From sequence record SRR20825006_219: DNA of 42,743 nucleotides. One strand, given 5' to 3'. How positions within the stretch are numbered: the first letter of the stretch is position 1; each line of letters opens with the position of its first letter. The position numbers were made by a program, and so were the translations under genes. Shown here piece by piece: positions 9,604 to 18,221 of this stretch. Under the pieces are notes generated by a model. It had not been told where the DNA came from, searched no databases, and saw nothing but the letters and a program-made list of their open reading frames with translations.

Positions 9604-9654
9604 ATAGGAAGCGTCTTTTTGTTTACCGTACATACTTTGGAATAACACTTAGCT

Positions 9655-10581
9655 CTACTTCTCTCGATATTCAACAGCCCATTCTTCAGGAATATCTATT
9701 TTAAGGTTTATACCAAGCTCATCGATTTTTAAGCCCGAGCTAATTAGACTTATCGCAGCATTTTGAGCTTTTTTGCTGCTTTTGTCTCCACCAATACCGT
9801 AAATAGGATCGTCAATAATGGGGTGTCCCCAACTTTCTAGGTGCAAGCGTATTTGGTGAGTTCTCCCTGTAATGGGTTTACATTTTACCAAAGAACATTT
9901 CTCACCATGTTCAATAACTGTAAACTTTGTTTTAGATTCTTTGGCTGCGGTTAGCCCCAACTTACTTTCGAACACAAAGCCGTTTTTCCTTTTTATGGGT
10001 AGGTCTATGAGTTTTTCATCCTCTAATGGATTACCACACACCAATGCATAATACGTTTTTTCGACTTTGCTTTCAGCGAAACAAGTCATCGCCTTTTGAG
10101 CGAATTCTTTTGTCTTTCCAAATAGAACTATTCCCGACGTTACAGCATCTAGTCGGTGAACAATCTTCAGGTCTTTATATCCTAAATCATCCAACATCCA
10201 TGTAAGCGTATTTTTGTTGTATCGGCCACCAGGGTGCATGGGTAATGGCGCCGGCTTGAATACTGCTATAAAATCATCTGTTTCTTCAAGAATCTGCACC
10301 TCGTCAGGTACACTTGGTTCTATTACCAATGGGTTATGATGATAGATTTCATCTTGGCTTTTTAGCTCATAATCAGGAGAAGTGTGATTTTCATTCACTC
10401 CAACTTTTCCATCTAATATGCGCTTTTGCCAGTCATTTTCAGCACGAAAAGGAAACCGCGTCGACATTGTGAACAGCAGAGTTTTATTAACAAACTCTGC
10501 CCCCACTCTAAACCGATGTGTTATTGGATAGGGAAGAACGAGCCTTACTTTACGCTTGTTCGCTTGAGGCGTGTTGTGCAT
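9655..10581 (-). CDS. RluA-family RNA pseudouridine synthase
   Basis: KPAPLPMHP, HRLDAVTSG (catalytic Asp), TGRTHQIR and DDPIYG motifs. Start set at ATG 10581 after AAGGAAAGGA. Confidence 0.88.
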   Translation of the reverse strand: MHNTPQANKRKVRLVLPYPITHRFRVGAEFVNKTLLFTMSTRFPFRAENDWQKRILDGKVGVNENHTSPDYELKSQDEIYHHNPLVIEPSVPDEVQILEETDDFIAVFKPAPLPMHPGGRYNKNTLTWMLDDLGYKDLKIVHRLDAVTSGIVLFGKTKEFAQKAMTCFAESKVEKTYYALVCGNPLEDEKLIDLPIKRKNGFVFESKLGLTAAKESKTKFTVIEHGEKCSLVKCKPITGRTHQIRLHLESWGHPIIDDPIYGIGGDKSSKKAQNAAISLISSGLKIDELGINLKIDIPEEWAVEYREK

Positions 10582-11518
10582 TCCTTTCCTTAAAATCATC
10601 GTCAAAGTAATTATACCACTTTCGGAATGGTTTAAAAGCATTATTGATATCGAAAGGACGGCAGTATTCACTTTGTTTACATTCTTCACTGCAACAGCCC
10701 TCCATCAACCTAGCACCTTCTTCTGAGCACACAAAAAGCTTATTACATTCCATGTTTGCACAATTCACGTAAGTATCGGCAGGCTTCCCTGTAACTTCAC
10801 ACTGCGCAATAGGAGCTAGGTTTTTGGGATCAACGGGTACAATTAATCGGTCGTCAAACACAAAGCATTTTCCTTTAAAGTGCTTTCCTTCTTCTTCTTT
10901 CGCATAATTTAGTATTCCGCCATGTAGCTGATTTACATCATCCCAACCGTCTTCTTTCATGAGTACGGAAAATTTCTCGCAACGAATTCCACCTGTGCAA
11001 TACATCAACACTTTCTTGTCTTTGGGAATATTTGCCTCTTCTAACCACTTCGGGAAATCGTAAAAATTGTCTAGATCAGGAGTAAGTGCACCATCAAAAT
11101 GGCCAACTTTGGATTCATAGTTATTACGCACATCAATCATCACGTAATCCTCACCAGATTCCATTACTTTACGCCACTCTGCTGGCTCTAAATGATTCCC
11201 ACCATTTTCAGGACGAACATCATCTACGTGTAGAGAAACAATTTCCTCGCGTACTTTACAAATCAACTTTGCAAACGGGATGTAATCAGATTCATCCGTT
11301 TTAAACTCAGTTTTCTCAAAGCCAGGTAATGAACAAAGATAGTCTTTATAAGCTGCCATTTGCTCTTTGGTGCCTGCTGCAGTACCATTAATTCCTTCCG
11401 ACGAAATATAAATCCGCCCTTTTAAATCCATGTCTTTGCAAAATCTCTTATGTTCTTTGCAAAAGCGTTCTACTTCGGTTATTTCGCTAAAATTGTAATA
11501 AAGTATTACTTCGTACAT
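10550..11518 (-). CDS. trhO: rhodanese-domain tRNA uridine(34) hydroxylase TrhO (YceA/UPF0176)
   Basis: LYY, EGINGT, IDVRNNYE, YCTGGIRCEK, GGILNY, GKCFVFDDR motifs and a Cys-rich C-terminus. Start set at ATG 11518. Confidence 0.9.
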   Translation of the reverse strand: MYEVILYYNFSEITEVERFCKEHKRFCKDMDLKGRIYISSEGINGTAAGTKEQMAAYKDYLCSLPGFEKTEFKTDESDYIPFAKLICKVREEIVSLHVDDVRPENGGNHLEPAEWRKVMESGEDYVMIDVRNNYESKVGHFDGALTPDLDNFYDFPKWLEEANIPKDKKVLMYCTGGIRCEKFSVLMKEDGWDDVNQLHGGILNYAKEEEGKHFKGKCFVFDDRLIVPVDPKNLAPIAQCEVTGKPADTYVNCANMECNKLFVCSEEGARLMEGCCSEECKQSEYCRPFDINNAFKPFRKWYNYFDDDFKERNAQHASSEQA

Positions 11519-11578
11519 CTTTATACCTAAATCTTTTGGTCGATAATAGTATCTTAGTACCATCATTAAATTATTCTG

Positions 11579-11586
11579 CAAATTTA
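11579..11586 (-). promoter_or_regulatory. TAnnTTTG -7 promoter element for trhO-rluA
   Basis: TAAATTTG on the minus strand, 60 nt upstream of ATG 11518. Confidence 0.5.
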
Positions 11587-11622
11587 CGAATTCCTCTAAT
11601 AAATAATCACTGAGATTTAGCC

Positions 11623-13326
11623 TTGTTCACACCTAAACATATTTCTCTTTTCATAGCTGTTTTGCTCTTTTTAACTCAAGGGACTGATTTATTTGCGCAA
11701 AAAGTATCAAAAGTCGATCAACTTGTCGTTGAGTTTAACGAAGGCCAAGTATCCGCTCAGGTTGTTGCAGATGAGTACTTAGAGCTCTTTAATAGCGGTG
11801 ATATTTATAAATGCGGTACACCAGGGTCTATATTTATTGATAAGCATAAAAACCAACTCTCTGAATCTACTCATCAAAAAGCTTTAGCTATTCCTTCGTA
11901 CTTCAAATCTAGCTTGGCTACCCAAACATATATTTCCGATTTGGGAAAATTCGAAATATCCTACGAGACTACTGGTAGAAATGCTGTTCCTTTAGCTGAT
12001 GGAAATGGGAATTCTGTTCCAGATTATGTGGAATGGGTTGCAACAGCGATGGATTCCTCTTACAAGCATGAAGTGTTAACCTTAGGTTCTCCTGATCCAA
12101 TACCTCTGGGACAATCTTATGAAGTGTATTTAGCGAATATTGGTCCTTATGGAACAACAACAAGTGATGCTACTGCACCAGGCGGAACTTATATTGTAAT
12201 TGAAAATGATTTTGCTGGTTTTCCTGACAATACAGATCCAGATGGCAAACAAAGGGGTGCAATAAGAGCAACCGCAGCTCATGAGTTTAAACATGCCATT
12301 CAATATGTTCAGAAAGGTTGGTCGGGCGATGCAGACAAATGGCTGGAAATGGATGCTACATTGATGGAAGAAGTGGTATACGATGAGGTTAATGATTACT
12401 ACAATTATCTGCTAGGTTTTGGGGACACCATTTTTGAAGAACCTTACACCACCATTATTCCGGGTTCTTACGAAGATGTAACTTGGGCTCTTTATTTTCA
12501 CGAACGTTTTGGGGTCGAATTCTGGACTAACGTATGGCAGCGCATTGAATCTTCATTATCATCTTTACGCTTTTTAGACGCTATAAATTCTGAAGTGACT
12601 GCGCAAGGTGAGGTTTATGAAACGGTGCTGGCCGAGTCTTATCTATGGCATTATGCTTCTGGCGGAATTTTAAGCCCTGTTAACTATGGCTTTGATGAAC
12701 GTCGTTTTTATCCTGGTTCTTATGTTAAAAATGAGTTTTCTACAATACCCGATTCTCTTTCCGAATTATCAACATTATCCAAATTTTCTGCTGACTTTAT
12801 TGAGGTTGATCTAGTAACTCCAAGATCTGGACAAATTGGAATTGACCTCGTTTATGAAGAACCAGCCATTCAGCTTGGGTTAATTGCCTTCTTCCCTAAT
12901 GGAACCGTTGAAACGCGTTTTGCTGCTGCAAACGAAACAGGAGCTACAAACCTAACTACAAATTGGTCGTGGAGTGAAATATCACATTTAGGTATTGTGT
13001 TTATGAACTCTGATCCTTTTGCAAGCAATAGTTATCAGTTTAAAATCACCGCCACTTTACCAGAGGTCAGTTACCTTGCTCAAAACTATCCCAATCCTTT
13101 TAATCCCTCTACAACCATTACCTTTGGACTTACTGAACAACAAGAAGTAACGCTTGAAGTATTCGATTATACAGGACGATTAGTTAGCACACTCCTCCAA
13201 GGAGTTCAGACTGCGGGGAGCTACGAAGTTCCATTTGATGCTTCCAGCTTAGCTTCAGGCATGTATCTTTATCGATTAAAGACACAAAACGGCGTATTTC
13301 ATAACAAAATGTTACTTATTAAATAG
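11623..13326 (+). CDS. secreted putative zinc metalloprotease with C-terminal secretion-sorting (T9SS type A-like) domain
   Basis: Signal peptide, AAHEFKHAIQ (HExxH) with downstream WLEMDAT, and C-terminal LAQNYPNPFNPSTTI...LASGMYLYRL...KMLLIK. Confidence 0.82.
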   Translation: MFTPKHISLFIAVLLFLTQGTDLFAQKVSKVDQLVVEFNEGQVSAQVVADEYLELFNSGDIYKCGTPGSIFIDKHKNQLSESTHQKALAIPSYFKSSLATQTYISDLGKFEISYETTGRNAVPLADGNGNSVPDYVEWVATAMDSSYKHEVLTLGSPDPIPLGQSYEVYLANIGPYGTTTSDATAPGGTYIVIENDFAGFPDNTDPDGKQRGAIRATAAHEFKHAIQYVQKGWSGDADKWLEMDATLMEEVVYDEVNDYYNYLLGFGDTIFEEPYTTIIPGSYEDVTWALYFHERFGVEFWTNVWQRIESSLSSLRFLDAINSEVTAQGEVYETVLAESYLWHYASGGILSPVNYGFDERRFYPGSYVKNEFSTIPDSLSELSTLSKFSADFIEVDLVTPRSGQIGIDLVYEEPAIQLGLIAFFPNGTVETRFAAANETGATNLTTNWSWSEISHLGIVFMNSDPFASNSYQFKITATLPEVSYLAQNYPNPFNPSTTITFGLTEQQEVTLEVFDYTGRLVSTLLQGVQTAGSYEVPFDASSLASGMYLYRLKTQNGVFHNKMLLIK

Positions 13327-13330
13327 CGGG

Positions 13331-14590
13331 TTATTTGGACGGAAGGATTCTTCCCGAAACTTCGCCAAACCCAATTCTTAACCCATTTGCTTCGGCGTAA
13401 CCTTTCATAATAACGGTATCGTTATCGTTCACAAATTTACGTTCTTCACCATTTTCTAATTTAATGGGTTTGCTACCTCTCCAGGTAAGCTCAAGCATAC
13501 TTCCATAAGAATCTTCTGTGCTACCACTGATGGTTCCAGAAGCGTACAAGTCACCAGGTTGAACATTGCAACCGTTCACTGTATGGTGGGCTAGCTGTTG
13601 CGCCATACTCCAGTATAAGTTCTTAAAGTTAGAAATAGATATTTTTTGTGGAGCTTCCACTTTTTCAGCTTTAAGAAATACTTCTAAATTAATATCAAAC
13701 GTAGTGCGATCTTTTAATTGGAGATATGGAAGCACTGCTGGGTCTTGTTCAGGCATGAATGTTCTAAAAGGCTCGAGTGCATCAAGCGTAACAATCCAAG
13801 GAGAAATGGAAGTTGCCCAGTTCTTTGCTAAAAAAGGTCCTAATGGCTGGTATTCCCACTTTTGGATATCTCTAGCGCTCCAATCATTTACAAGTACAAG
13901 CCCAAAAATATGGTCTTCCGCCTTTTCAATATCAATTGTATCGCCAAGAATGTTTCCCGTTCCAGTTAAAAAACCAACTTCTAATTCGAAATCAACAAGT
14001 TTACTTGGTCCAAATACTGGCTGATCGGAATCAGCAGAAATTGTTTGCCCTTTTGGGCGGTGTAAATCCGTTCCGCTAATTACAATAGAACTTGCTCGGC
14101 CATGGTAGCCAACAGGTAAATGTTTCCAGTTTGGCATAAGGGCGTTGTCTGGGTCGCGAAACATCGAACCAACGTTAAATGCATGTTGCTCGGAAGAGTA
14201 AAAGTCGGTGTAATCTCCAATTTGAACGGGCAACATCATCACAGCTTCATCTTGATGGATAAAAGCACGAGCGCATAACCCCTCATCATCTCGCAATCTT
14301 AGGTTTTCCGTTCCAAGCAAGCTCAACAACGTTTCACGCGCTTCTTGCCAAGCTGGCTTTCCTAAGCCCATAAAAAAGTTTAAGCTCGAATCTTGAAATG
14401 CATATTGATTTTTCAGCAATGGGCCATCAAAAAGGCCTGCTTCATCTAGTACAAACAAATCTACAACCAAATCTCCAATTGCTGTACATAAATGTGTTTC
14501 CCCACCCTCGGCTAAAAAAGCTCCGTAAGGCAAATTTTGCAAGGGGAAGTCACTATTCTTACTGATTTCTACAAATGATGTTTTCAACAT
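13331..14590 (-). CDS. fahA: fumarylacetoacetase
   Basis: SDFPLQNLPYG, GDYTDFYSS, PVGYHGRASS, DFELE, NDWSARDIQKWEYQPLGPF and GTISG motifs. Confidence 0.96.
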   Translation of the reverse strand: MLKTSFVEISKNSDFPLQNLPYGAFLAEGGETHLCTAIGDLVVDLFVLDEAGLFDGPLLKNQYAFQDSSLNFFMGLGKPAWQEARETLLSLLGTENLRLRDDEGLCARAFIHQDEAVMMLPVQIGDYTDFYSSEQHAFNVGSMFRDPDNALMPNWKHLPVGYHGRASSIVISGTDLHRPKGQTISADSDQPVFGPSKLVDFELEVGFLTGTGNILGDTIDIEKAEDHIFGLVLVNDWSARDIQKWEYQPLGPFLAKNWATSISPWIVTLDALEPFRTFMPEQDPAVLPYLQLKDRTTFDINLEVFLKAEKVEAPQKISISNFKNLYWSMAQQLAHHTVNGCNVQPGDLYASGTISGSTEDSYGSMLELTWRGSKPIKLENGEERKFVNDNDTVIMKGYAEANGLRIGFGEVSGRILPSK

Positions 14591-14673
14591 GACTTTTCCA
14601 TTTAATCAATGAATCTCTTATAAATTATAATCGGATTATAGACTCTCTTTTCAAGTACAATGTTCCACGGGCT

Positions 14674-15663
14674 CTATAATATCTTAAGTGCTTGTAAATC
14701 TTCTATCGGCTCTTCGAAGCTACAACTGCCATAAGACAATACCGAGAGCATTCTTAGCATACGAATTTCTAGCGCTGGGGCTGCAAAATCCTTCCAAGCA
14801 AAATACTGATCTGTAAATCTGAAATTGGAAGCATTTTCATCGTTCAGTATTTCAACAAATTCTTTCTCTGATAAATCCTGAGTATAACTAAGTATAGAAG
14901 CTCCAAATACATTCAAAAAACCATGCATTTTGGTTTTCACTGTATCGTTATAATGTCGAACTGGGTGATGTAATCCTGCCGTAAATTTAATTGCCACATT
15001 TTCATCCCTTCCAGAAAGTACGGCCTTTGCTAAATATCTTGATGAGGGAAATTGGTGAGCCTCTACGCCACCACATCTTATTTTTAATCCCGAGAAAATA
15101 TAGTGTGGTAAATTCATGGTCTGAATTTTATCGTTATGTGCGGCGATAATGCGTACAACTTTTTCTGTCATTTTAAAGTCGAAATCAAACCCTGGAACTT
15201 CAAAAAATAAACGGTGGGGAAGAACTACTGAGCGACTCATCACTTTTACGGCGTAATCAATGGCTTTTATTGTATCTACTGAACTAGTGGTGTAAATAGC
15301 TTCTACAGGCAGTTTGATTTCGAGTGTGCTGGTTCGAACTTTGCCTTTTAAATTTTTATGCAGAAGCGCAATTTCCTTAACTACTGATGTTATTGCCTGC
15401 TTAAATTCATCAAATTCCGTTGTTGCCGGTGCTACGATAGACAAATCGATTGGCAGAGCTAAATCGGTATTTGTGCTAATGAGTTTTTCAAATTCCTGTA
15501 GCTTATCTGAACCAATTACGAACTTAGATAGCATCCAAGAATGGGGAGATTTATTGTGCTCGCCGAATTTTAATAATGCTTGCTCCAAGTTTAACGACGC
15601 TGGCGGGTACAACCCTGCATAATCAATAATCTCGGATAAAAATGGCGTTACAGTTTGCTTCAT
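14674..15663 (-). CDS. conserved hypothetical protein upstream of fahA
   Basis: 329 aa ORF with family-like motifs DYAGLYPPA, KIRCGG, KFTAGLHHP, HGFLN and YGSCSFEEP. Confidence 0.8.
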   Translation of the reverse strand: MKQTVTPFLSEIIDYAGLYPPASLNLEQALLKFGEHNKSPHSWMLSKFVIGSDKLQEFEKLISTNTDLALPIDLSIVAPATTEFDEFKQAITSVVKEIALLHKNLKGKVRTSTLEIKLPVEAIYTTSSVDTIKAIDYAVKVMSRSVVLPHRLFFEVPGFDFDFKMTEKVVRIIAAHNDKIQTMNLPHYIFSGLKIRCGGVEAHQFPSSRYLAKAVLSGRDENVAIKFTAGLHHPVRHYNDTVKTKMHGFLNVFGASILSYTQDLSEKEFVEILNDENASNFRFTDQYFAWKDFAAPALEIRMLRMLSVLSYGSCSFEEPIEDLQALKIL

Positions 15664-15693
15664 TTAGAAGTCACAGCTTTTAATTATGTTTCG

Positions 15694-16833
15694 TTAGGCT
15701 AAGCTTATCAAATCGAGTACGATTGCATCTGCTATTTTCAGCCCTTTCGTTGTAAGGTTCAATGTTTTACCTGCAGTCAACTTCCCATCTGATTGCATTT
15801 TTAAAATATAGTCTTTCTGGGCGTTGTTGATTGTAAAATTATACTTCTTTTCAAACGCTTTTAAATCAATACCTTTCATCGTTCGCAATCCTAGCATGAT
15901 TCGCTCTTCAGCAAGGCTGTATAAATCTAAGAATTCTTTATTTACTTCTGTTGAGTTTTTACGTGTTAAATAGCTTTCCAAATTGGGTTTATTCTCCCAT
16001 CTGTAGGCGCCAGTTTTTTCTTCATTCCACCAAAAAGAATGTGCGCCTGGGCCTAACCCTAAATAATTTTTATGGCTCCAGTAGTTCGTGTTATGAATAG
16101 CTTCTTTCCCTTTGCGGGCAAAGTTACTTACTTCATATCGTTCAATCCCCTTTGCGGCTAGTTTCTGCTCTACCAAATCGAAATGAATTTCAACTTGATC
16201 GTCTTCTGCGGGGATAAGTCTTCCCAATTCTAGTTGTTTACCAAGTCGTGTTTTTGGCTCAATAGTCAACGAGTATGCTGAAACATGAGGTGGATTAAAG
16301 CTCAGGAGTGTGTCTAAATCTTTATCAAGCATAGCAACGCTCTGCCTAGGATTGCCATAAATCAAATCTACGGTAAACACATCTATCCCTGAGGACTGAA
16401 GTAGTTCTAAACAGCGTAAGGCTTCTTCGGCTGAGTGGGCTCTATTCATGAAGCGAAGCAAATCTTTATTGAAAGATTGTACGCCCATACTCACTCTGTT
16501 AACACCAATGTTGCGTATGTCTTTTAGATATTGAGCCGTTACATCGTCTGGATTTAGTTCGAGTGTAATTTCTTGGGCATCAACATCAAATGTCGCATAA
16601 ATGGCTTCCAAAATATCGCTGAGTTCTTTTTTGGAAAGCAACGAAGGTGTTCCTCCTCCAAAATAGATGGTCTCAATAGTCTCGGTGGTGTAAATCGAGT
16701 CTTTTTTATCTTCAATCTCCTTAATTAGAGCTCTCACAAACTCATCCTTTTGCTGATGGCGAGTTACAAAATAAAAATCGCAATATGAGCAGGCTTGTTT
16801 ACAAAAGGGTATGTGAATGTATATTCCTGACAT
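15694..16833 (-). CDS. hemW: radical SAM heme chaperone HemW (HemN-like)
   Basis: YIHIPFCKQACSYCDF, YFGGGTPS, YEVSNF, HNxxYW and YLGLGPGAHS motifs. Confidence 0.92.
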   Translation of the reverse strand: MSGIYIHIPFCKQACSYCDFYFVTRHQQKDEFVRALIKEIEDKKDSIYTTETIETIYFGGGTPSLLSKKELSDILEAIYATFDVDAQEITLELNPDDVTAQYLKDIRNIGVNRVSMGVQSFNKDLLRFMNRAHSAEEALRCLELLQSSGIDVFTVDLIYGNPRQSVAMLDKDLDTLLSFNPPHVSAYSLTIEPKTRLGKQLELGRLIPAEDDQVEIHFDLVEQKLAAKGIERYEVSNFARKGKEAIHNTNYWSHKNYLGLGPGAHSFWWNEEKTGAYRWENKPNLESYLTRKNSTEVNKEFLDLYSLAEERIMLGLRTMKGIDLKAFEKKYNFTINNAQKDYILKMQSDGKLTAGKTLNLTTKGLKIADAIVLDLISLA

Positions 16834-16881
16834 ATTAATTGAGAAGGTTGTTATCTAGAAAATAGGCTAAAAAAGCTTTTT

Positions 16882-17430
16882 CTATTTCCCTTTACTATAA
16901 AAAGGGTTGGTATTGTAGACATCCTTGCCTTGATAAGCCCTTGAATACTTCACATAATTCTGAGAATATTTTCTAATGGACTTTATTTCTTCTTGGGATA
17001 GTTTTCGCGCTGCTTTTGCAGGAGAACCCATGTACATGAATCCGCTTTCCAAGGTTTTTCCTGGAGGAACTAGTGAGCCTGCAGCTAAAATTACATCCGA
17101 CTCAATCACCGCCTTATCAAGGATGGTTGCGTTAATACCAACAAGAACTCGGTCTTTTATCGTACATCCGTGAACTACAGCACCGTGACCAATGGTAACT
17201 TCATTTCCAATAATAGTCGGGCCTGTTTGATTCATCACGTGAATGCACACATTGTCTTGAATGTTACTTCTGTCGCCAATGGTAATTGCGTTCACATCGC
17301 CACGGATAGTTACGTTAAACCACACACTACTTTCTTTACCTAGCACTACATCTCCAATAATATCTGCGCTAGAAGCTACAAAAGCAGTTTCGTCAATTTT
17401 AGGTGAGCTATTCAAAAATTCGTGAATCAT
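16882..17430 (-). CDS. gamma-class carbonic anhydrase family protein (YrdA/PaaY-like)
   Basis: Hexapeptide repeats, RGDVN, NIQD and GHGAVVHGC motifs. Confidence 0.92.
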   Translation of the reverse strand: MIHEFLNSSPKIDETAFVASSADIIGDVVLGKESSVWFNVTIRGDVNAITIGDRSNIQDNVCIHVMNQTGPTIIGNEVTIGHGAVVHGCTIKDRVLVGINATILDKAVIESDVILAAGSLVPPGKTLESGFMYMGSPAKAARKLSQEEIKSIRKYSQNYVKYSRAYQGKDVYNTNPFYSKGK

Positions 17431-17471
17431 CTTAGGCCTGAAAAACTTAGAATCTAGGTATCTATAAAAAG

Positions 17472-17506
17472 AAAAAGGTTCCGGCTTGTTCTGCCGAAAC
17501 CTTTTT
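17472..17506 (-). terminator. intrinsic terminator after the dsbA-like gene
   Basis: Minus strand AAAAAGGTTTCGGC-AGAACAA-GCCGGAACCTTTTT. Confidence 0.8.
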
Positions 17507-17525
17507 GAAAATGTTGGTTTCGGTT

Positions 17526-18182
17526 TTACTTTTTCAAGTACTGAACCACTAAAGCTCTAAACTGTGGGTAAGTTGGCGGGTTGCTCTGAACCTTGTCTCC
17601 ATTAATATAGAAAGTTGGTGTAGATTCTACTCCTAGATCTCTACCTTCACGCTTATCTGACATGATGAGGCGTTGTAGCTCAGCAGAATTTAGATCTTTT
17701 TTGAATTGATCCATGTTTAAACCAATTGAATTAGCATAGCCTGTAAATATAGCTTCAGCATTTCCTCGGCTCCATTGTTCCTGTCCAGTAAAAATAAGTT
17801 CATGCATTTCATCAAACTTACCTTGCTTTTTAGCAGCCTCGGCAGCGCGTGCAGCAACCTGAGAAAACTGGTGCATAGTAAGTGGGAAATTTTTGTATAC
17901 AATTTGAACTCTTCCGCCGAACTCTTTCTTTAGCTGCTCTTCTATAGGCACAAAATACTTACATGCAGGGCATTGGTAATCGCTAAATTTCACAACCACT
18001 ACTTCTGCTTTTACTGTGTCTTGAGCTATAGTTTCAGAAACGTTTGTTGCTGTATTTGAAGCAACTTCTGTTTGTGCTGAATTATTAGCAACTTGATTTG
18101 TTTTTGCTTCTTTAGCATCGCCACAGCTAACAAACATGACGAAAAATGCTAACAAGAAACTTATATGTAATCCTTTTTTCAT
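17526..18182 (-). CDS. DsbA-family thioredoxin-domain lipoprotein
   Basis: FSDYQCPAC, NFPL and GVESTPTFYING motifs with lipobox-like VSC. Start set at ATG 18182. Confidence 0.88.
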   Translation of the reverse strand: MKKGLHISFLLAFFVMFVSCGDAKEAKTNQVANNSAQTEVASNTATNVSETIAQDTVKAEVVVVKFSDYQCPACKYFVPIEEQLKKEFGGRVQIVYKNFPLTMHQFSQVAARAAEAAKKQGKFDEMHELIFTGQEQWSRGNAEAIFTGYANSIGLNMDQFKKDLNSAELQRLIMSDKREGRDLGVESTPTFYINGDKVQSNPPTYPQFRALVVQYLKK

Positions 18183-18221
18183 AGAGGGGGTCAATTATGT
18201 TTAATATTATAATAATCTTTC

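Noticed and set aside
10582-10689. N-terminal extension of the rluA ORF, considered as a possible trhO-rluA frameshift fusion
   Set aside because: Both genes are complete with their own start and stop codons, and no convincing slippery site was identified.
13566-14024. 152-aa ORF antisense to fahA, and the many other short antisense or nested ORFs in the track
   Set aside because: They lie within well-supported genes and show no recognisable motifs, so they are treated as shadow ORFs.
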